Program-made: the position numbers and the translations under genes
Notes under the pieces: model-generated
Told to the model about the DNA's origin: nothing
Seen by the model: only the letters and a program-made list of their open reading frames with translations
Database searches by the model: none
From: Neolecta irregularis DAH-3
Taxonomy: Eukaryota
DNA: 56,455 nt
Assembly: GCA_001929475.1 (NCBI GenBank)
Contig: LXFE01000138.1
Coordinates: 1 to 56,455 of the forward strand
Reading direction: 5' to 3'
Shown: positions 1 to 13,227 of the stretch, piece by piece
How positions within the stretch are numbered: position 1 is the first letter of the stretch
How the letters are laid out: the number at the start of each line of letters is the position of its first letter

Positions 1-968
1 AACCATTCCCTATTCTACGACCTTAAGACTCAGCGGAGTATAGACCAGACCGGTCAAGTACTCACATTGTTATATATATATAACTTGAACGTGAAGACAC
101 AATCATGTGGTGAAGGTATAAATGGAATTTTGAGCATAAGACATGTATATCACGACGTGGGAAAGTACAATTTATATATAGATGTGTAGAAACTGACTCA
201 TTTCATCGTTACTCTCCCGGGACGATTTGAAATTGAGGTCGGAAAAATATGAGATTCTCGGAATATTAATCGCGAGTCACAAATTCATCAAGGTAAATTG
301 CACTACGGGCCGAGTATGAAGTCTGATTCCCGATTATTATACTTTGCAATTAACACGAGATCTAATAGGATTTCCGTTTAGGGACCTTTTAACAGTACCA
401 ATCATCCATCCCCAATTTGAATACTATTACAAATATGTCTGCGGCACCGTTTCTGCTAGTTATTACCGTGTGAAACAGACGTATCAGTGTGTTTTCGGCA
501 TAACAAACCGGACACTCCGAAATCGAGGGGCTGCAACCTCAACAACTCTATACCAACGGTTACAAAGGGAAAAGTATAAGCATGTAGAAGAGTTCACGCA
601 GAAAGCATGATGAGATTTATATAGATTATACTTCCACTCATCGAGCAAAGTTGCATCTGGTTATCTTCAATCAATAGTCCTTTCTTAGTATAGCTCTCTG
701 GAAGGAGAATGAGTCCCAAATTCCGACAGAATATGCATTACCTTCTATATAGGGTAACAGAACTTTAGACAAAATGAGGAACAAATTCCGGGTCCAGAAA
801 GTCTTTCGTCGTTGTCCACTATCGACGACCGACCGTTGATGGAGTTACGGCGGAGACATTCGATTTGAGCCTATCCCAAGATCCACTAAAGAAATCAAGT
901 TATCGGCTGTGCCAATCATGAAAATTTGGAAAATGATCACCTTAATCCGTTAAACTCCATTTTAATCG

Positions 969-1792
969 ATGACTTCACTCCATTCCGCTTTCCTAGGGAT
1001 GGCGAGCGGCGCAATGTCTATAATATACGTGCTGATGGCTAGGCGTGGAGTAATAGATATAGTCGAGGATTATGCAGTACGAGCATGGATCTGAACGGCT
1101 CATATTCTAGCAGAAAGTTGATTCAAACGGGAGCTCGCACTGGGAATTGCCGCCAAGAGTTGGCGAATTAAGGAATTCTGAGCAAATTCGTCTGATTATG
1201 GCACAATCATCTCCGGGACCATCCACAAAGCAGATCGCTGCAGTAAACCCGTCGCAGGGGATCTCTACATCACCAAATTCAGCCCCCGCATCCCCTTTGA
1301 TCTTATGTCAGACTCCACAGTCAGCACAAGTGCAGACTATACAGGAAGAGAAAGCAACGCGGGACTATCGCTCCGTTGTCCCACAGTCAGCCATTGCTTC
1401 TGATGAAATATCATATACCTCTTGAAGGAAGAAAGTCTCGATCGCGGTAAGTCTCGCTCTCGTAGTCGCATCCGAGATCGTTCCCCAGAGATCGTCGTTC
1501 TAGTGAAGCAGGATGTCTGGCTTACTGAATGATTTGGCAGACTCCGATTGCTACATTTGGAGATCCCGAAAAGAATAAGAAGAAATCGAAAAAGGGTAAG
1601 AAAAGCAGGAAGCTCAGGAGCCGAAAAAGCACTGTATTAGCTATCCGGATCGACGACCAAAATGATATAGATTACAGTTCCGACAGCCCCGGTCCATCAT
1701 TATCGTCATCGTCATCGTCGAGTTCAGGTTCCGGTAGCAAGACGTCAGGCTCGTTCAGATCGCGGCGACAACATCGGCACAAACGTCCTTGA
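969..1792 (+). pseudogene. Degenerate WW-domain, Ser/Arg/Lys-rich gene; tandem paralog of 2481..4292
   Basis: Splicing 1009-1042 and 1077-1117 gives PLS*GWRA-AWSNRYSRGLC-IDSNGSSHWELP, with the same intron phases and 34-nt middle exon as the neighbour. There is an in-frame TAG at 994-996, and the ATG at 969 is out of frame. Confidence 0.55.
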
Positions 1793-2480
1793 ATGATCAC
1801 AGGGGTGTTTTTGCTAGACCGTCATAGTATAGTTGATAAGTCGGCGGAGCCCGGGCTAAAATATACTCCAAATCGGAACATTTGAACATCATACTTTATG
1901 AACTATCACAATTTATCGTAAACTGTTCCAGCGATAAGGACATCGTCATCCAGATGTCTAGCTTGTGTAAGTCTGAAAGGATTATATAACAACTGCTTTC
2001 AATCGATATTCGAAAGCCCTATATGGAAGTTAAAGTGCTCAGAAGAAACCACCCGGGCTTGCTTTAATGAAACCATATTCACCTGATTGGCTTTTCAAAA
2101 CCTGCTACCGGTAGCTAACTTGGAACCAGATACGTGTCGTCATCTGAACAAGCCAATTGTGCGTGCAAACGTGAACGCAAACCAGCATTTAGATTTCCTT
2201 AGGCTGTTCCCAGTCCAGCTTCATTCGACTCCTGAATCTCTTCAAAGAAGCTTGGAAGCTCCAGCTGGGATCGTGCTAAATTGCATGCGTGTTGCTTAGG
2301 GAAATGTGATCAATAAGCTCCCACTTGACTGGATACTTTTAGGTCATCCTTTATATAAAGGTCTGCCGCTGCCTTGCCAAATCTTCCAGAAATTCGTACA
2401 TTCCACTCTCAGTTTCACGAGACCAAGACTCCCTTGATCCATCGCTGAGATATCAAATTTGAGAGACATTTTACTTTGAT

Positions 2481-4292
2481 ATGGTAGTTGTAACGCTTCC
2501 GGTAGGTTGGCACAAGGTACGTTCTCTGATCCATTTGATCTTTGCTGACTTGTAGGGGTTCAGCACTCGCTGCAATCGCGAGTACTACAGTATGCTTCGA
2601 CACTCAAGGCTGCTACTTATCCGTAACAGTTTCGCCTCTGGGTAAAACGCAGTGGAATATTCCCAATAATTCCACCTTCCCAGCAGATGCTGAATTCATC
2701 CATTCGCCGACTGATAATCCTCAAGGCCATTTCTTTAATGGCCAGGCAAGATTAACGGCACCCTCCCCTCCATTGTCCCCCCCTCAATCGAGTCTCGTCT
2801 TGCCTGCAGTTGGAGCGACTCCTTCCCCTCGTACTCACTTATATACTGAGCCTCACCATCAGGCGCCTAGTCAGGCTTCTGAGCCAGTCACGCAGTGGGA
2901 AGTCCAAATCAAACACTCGCGAAATCAAACAGTTCCAGAAGTCTCCGCAACGGCACAGGCCCAGCAAGCCCAAGGATATCCGCAGCAGCCTCAATTCAAC
3001 TCGAACGGCTATTCCGGCAGGGATTTCAACTCGCCACCTCCTCTTATTGGCGCTCAGCAGTCCAGTGACACCTGGTATCCGCCTAATAATGTCCCACGAA
3101 ACTCGGGTTACGCATGGGATCAAACCCGAAGTTATACTCCGGCTCAGACTGCTCCAAACTACGCTCCTCAGAACCAGGGTCCACCTATGCAGCCTAGCAA
3201 TCAATACAACATTCCTGGGAACAATGTGCCCAACGTACAAGGCTACAACAGTCAACAGCATGCTCCCCAAGCTTACCCTGCTTCCCAGTATCAAACCAAA
3301 GCTCAGATTTCACCTCATCCTCCCACAGTACAAATAACTCAGCCTCAGCCTCCCTATGATACCCTTCCAGCGCATTCAAATGCATATGGCCAAAACCCAA
3401 ATGCCCAACAACCTCGCTACGATCGCGTCGGCGGAAGCAGTGGGTTTACCGTTGACGCTGGCCCATACAACGGGCCTTATGTTCAGCAGACCCATCGACC
3501 AGATGGGAACGATCGGCCGCTTGCTCCAGTTCCCACAGACTATTCAAACCTTCAAACACGACGAAATGGCAACATTGTGGATCCCGTACCGCGTACCGAC
3601 CAATTCCGTGACGAGGGGTTCACTAATCGTTCCTTTGAAACACCTTCTCCCCACAATCGACATGTTAGTACAGTTCCGGGTTCATTTCCGCCGACTCCTC
3701 CTCGACCCAAATACGACGGGGTGTATACATCCGAACCCCTTAGGCCTGATCACACATTAACGGTATATCGACAAACAAGCCCAGTTCCGCAGACCGTACA
3801 AGAAATGTCTGAAACGGTCCGGAGTCTTGAGGAAGATTTGGCCAATGCAAAACGAGATATCAACCGCATGTCTTACGCCCAACGTTCGCGGCCGACTTCT
3901 ATGATTGTTACCCAGCTTAGTGAATCATCCCACCCGCCGCCTCCTTCGGTTGAAAGTATAACCGATCCCGAAGATGACAGTCGGCTGAAGGGATTAGTTA
4001 GAGACCTAGCTGATCATACAATTGACGCATTTGATTCTTCGTCTACACGAGAAAAGAAGAAGAAGCGGCGGGTCAAGCTCGAGAAGCTTCAAAAAAATAA
4101 ACCCAAGGAACGGCGTCGTTCTCGACATACTTCTCGTACAGTCACCATCGAGGTATGTCCTGCTGATACAGCCTAGATTCACGAACTCAAAGCCGATCGG
4201 AGTATTCGAGTGATTCGTACAGCTCTTCTGAATCCTCTTCAGAGGAGGATACAGTCAAGGTCAAGAAAGGTATCTTTATTCCGGTTTCATAG
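2481..4292 (+). CDS. N-terminal WW-domain, Pro/Gln-rich protein with coiled coil and basic/Ser-rich C-terminus (3' end uncertain)
   Basis: ATG 2481; introns 2517-2555 and 2590-2629 yield LPVGWHKGFSTRCNREYYISPLGKTQWNIP, which joins the 544-aa ORF frame. TATATAAA lies near 2352. Confidence 0.75.
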
Positions 4293-4588
4293 GACAGAAC
4301 GAAATCGAAGTCGGTCGGTCGGTGTCTGATGGGTCGATTTGCTGTTGGTTACGCGTGTCACATGTTATGTTACATATCAAAGAAGGATAGACTAACATAT
4401 AAATATATATAGTTGAGTTTATTTGTCTTTGTTGAAATTCACTTAGAGTGCCCGTTTATGCACTAAAGCTTTTGTCTCTGTAAAGCAATGCTACGGTGAT
4501 AATTTCTTCCTGGATAGGAAACTTGAACCATCTTAACTCTTATGGAGTTTGAATGCATTGCTTCGTCCTGAAAATTAACGTATCTTGG

Positions 4589-4766
4589 TGTAAGCATATA
4601 CCCTCGGGTAGAGCTCACCATTACGGACGGGAGGCTTGCAATAATATTGCGGCAATTTAATTTGTATTATATAAAGTAGTTAGGCGTTCATTACCTAGCC
4701 GAGTTCAGTCACTCGGGCTAGTATAATAAACCTGGTCTTATTCGAACTCGAGCTTCAACGCTTACA
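4589..4766 (+). mobile_element. Solo LTR (178 bp)
   Basis: TGTAAGC...GCTTACA termini, internal TATAAA and AATAAA, strong end-region similarity to the inverted copy at 5388-5554. Flanks CTTGG/CTTTT form only a partial TSD. Confidence 0.75.
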
Positions 4767-5134
4767 CTTTATTCAACAAAAACTGGCCTTTTGCTACTCC
4801 GACTTCAGGGCTTGTAACACGCAGGCTGCAGTTGTAGCTTAAATGACTAGGATAAAAACGAGAAAACAGATTATTAGATTCCTTTGCTGGATGAATAGAG
4901 TATTATTCACTGGTCCTACAAGCAAGCACCTACAGGTCTACTTGTAGAAAACAGAAATAGCCGTGTCAGCTATAGAAACCTAGACGACCAAAGTAAAAGG
5001 AAAACAAGAGACCCCCTTTAAAATATCCTCCAAGTATTACTATATCATTTTTCGTACCACAGGCTCTAATTGCTCGTAGAATGCCTGAAAAATTCAAATT
5101 TAATTCGATAACGAGTGACACTCAGCATTCAAAT

Positions 5135-5326
5135 TATAAACTATGCGCTTAGAAGTACGATAAGACCAAGTGCTATAACTAGCCTAAGTATTCGTACTTC
5201 TTACAAAGGGACATACCTAGCCTAAGTATTCTTCGCACTTGGCTAGGAATATTTCCGCCTTGATATACTTCCCGTCAAGCCACCTTGCCGTATTGATAAG
5301 ATATACCCAAAGGGTATATCCTTACA
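5135..5326 (-). mobile_element. Degenerate solo LTR of the same family (192 bp)
   Basis: Shares GACATACCTAGC, ATAAGACCA and GGGTATATnCTTACA motifs with 5388-5554; perfect 5-bp TSD CAAAT (5130-5134, 5327-5331). Confidence 0.7.
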
Positions 5327-5387
5327 CAAATGATCGGAGTTTGATTTCTATTCGCGGTCATGTTTCGCTAGAATTGGTAAGAGTTTT

Positions 5388-5554
5388 TGCAAGTGTTGGA
5401 GCACGAGTTCGAATAAGACCAGGTTTTATTATACAGCCTAACTGACTTGAGCTTCCGCTGAGGACATACCTAGCATAAGTGACTTGAACGCCGCAATATC
5501 ATTGCAAGCCTTCCTTCCGTAATGGTAAGCCATACCCGAGGGTATATGCTTACA
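5388..5554 (-). mobile_element. Solo LTR (167 bp)
   Basis: TG...CA termini, perfect 5-bp TSD GTTTT (5383-5387, 5555-5559), reverse-complement match to 4589-4766. Confidence 0.8.
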
Positions 5555-5877
5555 GTTTTGATCCTGCATAGCTTTCGCAACAAGACTACACTCGACCCTT
5601 GATACAATATATTTGTCAGTAGTTGATGAATCTCAGTATGGTTTGGTACACTGAAAACGCATCGAGGTGCAGCAAAAGCGGAGTTTTGGCTCTGATCTAT
5701 TGCGGAAATAGATTGGCCTTGTTATCTGTAGAAACAATCAAGTATTTTAAATGTATAGCCTGTATGCAAATATGCCTCAGCTCTTCTCCCCACTTTCAAC
5801 AAAACCCACGATTATGATCTGAACAATTTCACGGTCCTCCACAGAAAAAGTGATTTCACAATCTCACCTCCAAGCCA

Positions 5878-6614
5878 ATGCCGCCCCGTCTCTTTTACAT
5901 CTGTTCCCAAATTAGATCATGTAATACATATCCTGTTCGTCAAGAAACTCACCTCTAGATGCTACACAGACAAATCCGCCTTATCGACTTACAAAACCAT
6001 CAAATCTTCGAAAATCATATGTTTTTAACAGATATGTCAATTTACTGCTACAGTCAAAAGTACAACTTATAATACAACACAACAACTTGACGGCACGCGA
6101 ACATTTAAATTTTCGAAAGTCTCTAAGTTTGATAAATGCGAAAGCGACTGTTGTGAGAGCCGGAATTTTAGACGTGGCATATGGAGTAACTCATTTGATT
6201 CGAAAGGAAAACTGGAAAGGAGAATATGGTGATCTGTTGCTGGGGGAACGAGCAAAGAGAGTTCAGTTGCCAATTCAGTCGATTTTGCTTGGTCCGATAT
6301 GTCTTGTTACTTTGTCTGATTTTGTGCCATCGTCGATAAAAGCGATTATCAAGACACTTGCTTTCTCCAAAGGAAAGTTGATGTTGATAGGTGGTGTCAT
6401 TGAACATCAGACGTTTGACTCGTTTGAACTGGATGAAATGAAGAATTTGCCAGATTTGGAGAGCTTGCGAGGTCAGCTGTTGGGATTGTTAAGTTCATCA
6501 GGACAACAATTGGCTCATATTCTGGGTTCAACCCAGCAGATGCTTTGTTATGCATTGGAGACACATAAGATGAATTTGGAGGGGCTAAATAAAAAGACGG
6601 AGTGCTCAACGTGA
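5878..6614 (+). CDS. MRPL11: Mitochondrial ribosomal protein uL10m
   Basis: One intron after a presequence-like start; QHNNLT, GPICLVT, LIGGVIE and LPDLESLRGQLLGLL match the L10 family. Confidence 0.8.
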
Positions 6615-6780
6615 GGTTTTCTATGAATAGACACAGGAATATCAATATCTTGCTGATTAACAAACGTCATCACAAACGTCATCACAAAAACCCTTCTTTA
6701 CAAGTTTATAAATCACGCATGTATCAAATGCTCTTAATCAAAACATTGACCAACACCACCAAAACACTGGCGTACAACAT

Positions 6781-9718
6781 CTACGTTGATATGAACGGTT
6801 TCAACGCACCCTTTGCAGCACAAATCCTCTCTGCTAGACGCCCAATATCTCTAGCACCACATATCACTTCAATGCTGAATTCGATACCAAACCTAGTCTC
6901 ATTAGGCATTCTTAACAAAGAGGTGAACATACATTTCTTTAATCGCATATACTATCTTATTGGCGTCCTTTTCGGATATATCCTCGACATCCATACTGCA
7001 TGTTTGAAAAAGATGAAAGAGGTCTTTTTCGATGGCAGGCTTTTCATCTTTCTCACATTTGTGAACGTAGATTTCAAAAGGTTGCGAAATAGCCATGACA
7101 TTGTGTTTTCTGCAAAAGTTGATATATATTCATATAGCATGGGTCATACTTATCATGATGATATCGCACTTCCCAGACACCTTGTCTCCAAGGTAAGCGA
7201 TATCCTTTTAGAACAATATTTCCTTGTATGCCATCGTAAAACTCAATCGATTCATCGTCTTCATATCCACTGCTAGAAATGCCACTCCAGCATCCCTTAC
7301 TCCCAACCAAAGTAATCTCTCTCGATGAATTATGAGTAACTTCGTAAATACCGATCCAATCCTTCAAAGAATGATTCCCAGGTGCGGTCCAGGAGATCTT
7401 AATTGGTTCACCGATATGATACCTTTTTTGCGATGTTGTAATATGATATTTCTGAGGTTCTAGAAAAGAAAGATCACCACCTGCAATTTTTGTCAAAGCA
7501 AGCCTTCTGTAGCCAATTAACCAGGCCCGAGTTTCCCCCAGTATTTCAACAACGCTCTCTTTAGGAACGGCTAATCGTCAACCTTACAAAATCCGAGGAA
7601 ATCGTACCATGACTGTATGCCTCTTCGATTAGTTCTTTTGTCTCGCTAACAACTTTTCCGACTTTGAAGCTCACATTTACCAATTTCTGCTCCCATTCAG
7701 GCTTCAAGGCTCGCTTAATACCTTTTGTGAGGCCTGCATCCTTTCGGACTTGATCACCGTAGAGCTTCTCCATATGGGGCCTTGAAGGAACTCAGAATAA
7801 ACATGAGTGAGTTATCTTACCGTTCAACGAGCTGAATAAAAAAGATATTGCATATTTGTGACAGGAGTGCCATGGCGAAGATAAGTCTACTGTTGGTAAT
7901 AACTACACATCCCCAGAACGCAGCAGACCCTAACAGACGTTCTGGATTGTTCAGGTATCGATAGATTCCAGTGGATGAGAGTTTGGATTTTGGTGGGTAA
8001 AAGAAGTCGCCAAAAAACCATCCAAAATCACCAAGAGCATCGTGAATTGACCAGGATGTCCAGATTTGCAAGGCAATAAGCAGCTTGATTTCGTCAGTTT
8101 CGAAATCAGCATAACACAAGACGTACGACACCAATTGTCCAGCGCAGAAGAGAGAGTTTCCAATGATTATTACCAGAAAGACAAGTTAAAACTAGACTAG
8201 CCTGTTGTGGGTTAGCGCAAAATCGAGACCTAGTTAACTGACGAAGCTTGTGTAATTCAAGACCATACTCAAGTTGTAGATACTTGTCCAGTGTTTCCAT
8301 GCTTCTTTGTTGCTCTCGCCAATTTTCACGAAGTGCTTGGTCCAACTTTTAGATGTACTTTGTTTTCGCAGGACAAATCCCATTGCCCCGCTGTAAACAA
8401 GTCTCCAGAAGATGGCTTGTACTAGAAGGATATTACGAGGAAGGAATAGTGGCGATAAAAGGGTACATGCAGTAAGAACTGCTAGTGCCAGGTCAGAAGA
8501 GCGATGCAAATCAAAGTTCCGAAAAACCAAGAGTTCATGGTGGGATGTAGGCTCCGAAGTAACGAAACGACATCTATCTGGGTGAATATTATAGGTTTTT
8601 TCGATATCTGCTTGTTAAATGAAAAGGGTCTGAAACGTTCTACATACGTGGGTTCTCGACCAGTATAAGAAAGGAGAGCTGGCATATATGTGCAAAAAGC
8701 GAGACAAAGAGGACGAGGTATGACCCAGTAAGCAAACTCGCTCCCTAGAAAAATATCAACATCAATTGTAGGCGAGGACTGACGTAGTAACCGGAATAAC
8801 CAACCGAGTACATTGGATGCGGGGCCATCTCGAATACACCATCAAATGTGAGTTCCTTCTCGACAAGGAAGAAGAAATCTCCCCAATCTATCGAGTTGAC
8901 GAATCACTGAAAATAAGGGCATACACCAGGCATAGTCTTTGACAACTCTATGCGCATCTATCTTTACCCAAAGATTAAAGGCAAGAAGCAAAAGACCGGC
9001 TGAAAGTCTCAACCCATCAATCCAACAAAGCGTGAATCCTCTCGTCCTCCAACATACGGCGAAGAGAAAATAGCTGACAAGATCCTCGATGAGAACCAAA
9101 TCTACCAAGGCTCTGTATGCAAGCCAGGTATTGAACTCGAGTGGGGCCCTGTCAATATGGAAGCTCGGGTCCATCTTGCAGACAATTTGGTCTGTTACAA
9201 ATTTGGAGAAGGAAGATTTGCGGTCAAAGAGACCATACTGCTTTGCCCAGGAGACAAGCTTGCCTTTTGTCGACTGCACCGTAAGAAGATAGCCCAGGCC
9301 GAGGTTGTAGCAGAGTCTCCAGAACAAGAAACATCCGAGAAGGACACATTGTGCAGTTCGACGGGGCAACGAGGCCGCGAGAACAACCTGAACAGCGAAC
9401 AGGAGCAGGATGAAGATGTCCCAGAAAGACTTTGGCTGCCGCGGCGAGAGGATAGACGAGACGATGTCGGAGGTTTCAGGAACAGAGAAGACTAGTCATA
9501 TCAGCAGATGTTTTGGAAGGTTTGTCGATGCCTGTGCCATCTGGGGTTCGGCCGCTGGGAGAATCTGGAGTTTGAATGCTGGAAATAGCACTGCCATTTG
9601 CTCTTAGCCGCACAGGCGGGCAGTCCACAGCGGCAATGGCCATGGCGGTGCTATCTGCAGCACGGCTGCCCCTGCGAGGCGCTGCGGCACGTGTTTGCTG
9701 CCGGCCAGGTACTTGCAT
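6781..9718 (-). CDS. CHO2: Phosphatidylethanolamine N-methyltransferase (start may be 9643)
   Basis: Nine introns; motifs [64 protein letters not shown]. Confidence 0.93.
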
Positions 9719-9902
9719 GTCGACGGGGATTAAAACACCACCTGCGTGTCTTGGAGAGGAGAAGAGAGTGGATTTACATGTGGCAATTGATAACAGTAGT
9801 TTATAAATAAGATAGTCGTGGAATTATTTTGCTTGGTAAGCCACTTCTTCCTTTTGCAACGCCGTCAGTCCTGATATCGGACATCCGATCAGCCTCCTCT
9901 CG

Positions 9903-11364
9903 ATGACAAAATCCGGTGTCACAGTCGTTCTGGGCTCGCAGTGGGGTGATGAAGGGAAAGGAAAATTGGTTGACCTACTGTGCGACGAGGTCGATATCTG
10001 TGCTCGGTGCCAGGTTTTTTTCTTGCGCCACATGAAAAGTTGACTTTCTGGGGAGGAAATAACGCAGGCCATACCATCGTAGTCGACAATATAACTTACG
10101 ATTTTCATATTCTTCCATCGGGTAATGATCTTGTCCCATTTTCATAGCTGATATACATAGGACTTGTCAATCCTAATTGTGTCAACCTGATCGGCTCGGG
10201 AGTAGTCGTCCACATTCCTTCCCTCTTCTCCGAACTCGAAGCAATTCAAAAGAAGGGTCTCGATGCAACTGATCGACTATTTGTCTCAGATCGCGCTCAT
10301 CTGGTGTTCGATATTCATCAGTTGGTGGACGGTCTGAAAGAAGTTGAACTCGGCCGATCGAGTATCGGAACTACGAAGAAAGGAATCGGCCCAGCCTACA
10401 GCAGCAAAGCTTCACGAAGCGGCATTCGGGTCGAACATTTATACGACTGGCCACTCTTTGAAAGTCGCTTTCGGGACTTGGTTGCTTCCAGACATCGACG
10501 ATATGGCGACTTTGACTATGACGTTGAAGCTGAACTAGGACGATATAAAGTATGTCTTTCTTCAAATTTCTGTCTCATTCAAGGAATTCGCCAAAAAGCT
10601 AAAGCCATTTGTTATTGATGCGGTTCTTTTCATGCACAAATCAATTCAAGAGAAGAAACGAATCCTTGTAGAAGGAGCAAATGCTCTTATGCTTGATCTA
10701 GATTATGGAACCTATCCATATGTTACTTCTTCAAATACTTCTGCTGGTGGAGTTTGTACTGGCCTTGGCATTCCTCCTACAAAAATCACTAGAGTTATTG
10801 GCGTGGTCAAGGCCTATACAACGAGGGTTGGAAGCGGTCCCTTTCCCACAGAACAACTCAATGTATGCTGCTGCTCAAGCTACATCATTCAAATCTAGGA
10901 CATTGGAGGACATCTACAACAAGTAGGTCGCGAATGGGGCGTTACTACAGGCCGCAAACGTCGTTGTGGTTGGCTAGATCTTGTTGTTGTGAACTACTCT
11001 AATGCAATTAATGGATACACAAGGTATCTTTGTTCCCCTACTCGATACTAATATCAGTCTGAACATCACAAAATTAGACGTCCTTGATCAACTACCCTCG
11101 ATCAACATTGGTATTGCATACTTACATGATGGAAAAGAGCTTGTCTCAGTCCCTGCTTCCCTCCATGTACTTTCCAATTGTGAAGTCAAATACATCGCGT
11201 TACCTGGATGGCATACTCAAACTACTGGCTGCACTTCCTACTCAGAACTCCCCGAGAATGCCAAAGCTTTTATTGAATACATCGAAAAATTCTTAGATGT
11301 ACCAGTTGAATATGTTGGAGTCGGTCCGGGGCGGATGAGCATGCTCAAAAAGTCCTGCGATTAA
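9903..11364 (+). CDS. ADE12: Adenylosuccinate synthetase
   Basis: [64 protein letters not shown]; five introns. Confidence 0.97.
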
Positions 11365-11610
11365 CAAAATTGTGGTCTTGACTGTGGGCTTGATTTTTGT
11401 ATATTTCAATAAAGAGAAAGTTCCTTTCCATTTCAAGAGAATTAGACGATTGTGTATTCTCTGACTAACCACCCTCCGGTTTCGCGACAGATCCGATCCT
11501 CTTTTTCGATTGCCCCTTAGTTCTTCTTGCTCGTATGATATTTTAGTCGACGTTCATCGTTCGTTATACTTTAAAACTTTACACAAACGGTCACAATCTC
11601 AGTTGATATT

Positions 11611-12670
11611 ATGCCCGTTTTCTCGTCTACCAAAAGCAATTTTTTATCGAGCTTCTCAAAGAAGAAACGGGGCTCAATCTTTACTTCAAAGAATTCCCCA
11701 GCTCCAGAGTCATCTCATAGCAATCTCTTATCCCGAGATGAATTGCATAAAGCAATTACTGCTTTAGAAGAAGTTCTCAAGTCATTTGATCAGTTAACGG
11801 AGTTCTCTCTCAGATATGGCCAGGCTGCAAAACATCATGCAAAGAATTTGAAGGGGCTTATGGGCTGTATCAAAGGTGACGATCAGAAAATGTATGCTCT
11901 TGTTCTCTCGTCATCCGCCGGGTATTTTGATGCTTTCGCGGCTACTCAAGAGAAATTGGTACATCCCCCGGAAAAAAAGGCTACTGATCGACTTTCAGAC
12001 TAAGCATATGCTTAAACAGTATAATTCACTTAATATCTATGCGGAAAAGTATTTTTCAAACCTCGCTAGTGAAGAAGCTTCTCTGGAAGCATTGACCATT
12101 AATTTGGACTCAAAACTTAAGAAACTTGCTACAACTTTTCACGCGCAGGGCACAAATGCTCCGGACTCCTATATTTACAAAATTCAAACACTGTCTTCTG
12201 GAATCAATGGATTGAGACTTACTCATAGTAAGAAGTATACCAATAAACAAAGAGAAGTCAACGCGGTCATAGCCAATAGCTCCGCCAAGTTGGCACTGTG
12301 TGGATATGCATGTCTTTCCGATGCAATCGTTTCATGTGGAGGGACCAATGGCATTGGTGGAGTAAATGCTTACGCTCCTTTCTGTCAACGAGATGTCATC
12401 CCACCTCTGGTTCCGCCTAAAAGTCAATCATTTCTAGGGTATGAAATGTCAGAATTTGAACTTGGCGTTGAGCACAAATATTACCGACATGACCGACCCC
12501 CTAGTTCATTCGCTTTAGCTAGGCGAAATGCCAATGAGAAAGAGAGAAAGTCAACAGCACAGAAGCCAGTGGATCTGAGTGAGATAGATGCAACTTCAAA
12601 AAAAGTCGCAGAACTAATCGGAATTTGCCGAGATCGCAAGCCGAATCTGGACCAGTATAAAGTCATATAG
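11611..12670 (+). CDS. Helical protein, possibly Ivy1-like I-BAR domain
   Basis: Two ORFs joined by one GT-AG intron near 11959-11998; long helical region starting LLSRDELHKAITALEEVL resembles fungal Ivy1 from memory. Confidence 0.5.
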
Positions 12671-13082
12671 ATCTTTTTGCACGTGATCATCATGGATGGA
12701 GCGATGAGGACCTCGTGTAACTTAAAGAGACGCTTTTATTTTTTTCTTGTACAATGGAAAATCATTGAGGCTCTGACTAGATAACTCCAAGTTGGATACG
12801 GTTGATATTATCTTGGTTTGTTAGTTGTAACAGGACTCTACTCACAAAAATCTTTTACGTAACAAAAGCCTGTTGCAGCGTTTGCAGAGTTGTTGCTTTT
12901 GAATTATTTTCCTTTTTTCTAACTCCTCGCCTATTGGTAGAATTTTGTTGTTGACCATTTTATATTGTGGGTGTTGTGTGTGGGACAGGGACTTGGGCCA
13001 TTTCTCCTCTTGGTTGCTGTGCACCTGTTTTTTCTTTTTCGAAGAATTTGGGAGGACTCGGCAAAAATTATTCCAAGGTGAT

Positions 13083-13222
13083 GCACCAAACGCGCGCTTA
13101 AAATTAGAATTTTTAAAGAATTTCCAAATTTCATAAAATTCGGTACGCACCAAACGCGCGCTTAAAATTGGAATTCGAAGAATTGCCAAATTTCTGGAAA
13201 TTTGGCACGCACCAAACGCACC
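13083..13222. repeat. ~63-bp tandem repeat, about 2.2 copies
   Basis: GCACCAAACGC(GCGCTTAAAATTrGAATT) recurs at 13083, 13147 and 13209. Confidence 0.85.
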
Positions 13223-13227
13223 CATAG

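Noticed and set aside
1-720. Possible decayed minus-strand gene (SLCNRWYRVV, F-box-like)
   Set aside because: Multiple stops and too little similarity to support a call.
994-996. A-to-I editing of TAG to restore the WW paralog
   Set aside because: The nearby ATG is out of frame and the WW core is degenerate, so decay is the simpler explanation.
4813-5061. A fourth solo LTR (TG...CA, GGCT flanks)
   Set aside because: Only a 4-bp flank match and no similarity to the other LTRs; could be chance.
4589-5554. A single DNA transposon with long terminal inverted repeats
   Set aside because: The arms are separate TG...CA units, the right one with its own TSD, and the outer flanks do not match.
6602-7276. 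224-aa + strand ORF
   Set aside because: Antisense shadow of the CHO2 3' exons with no recognisable motif; the same applies to most short overlapping ORFs in the track.
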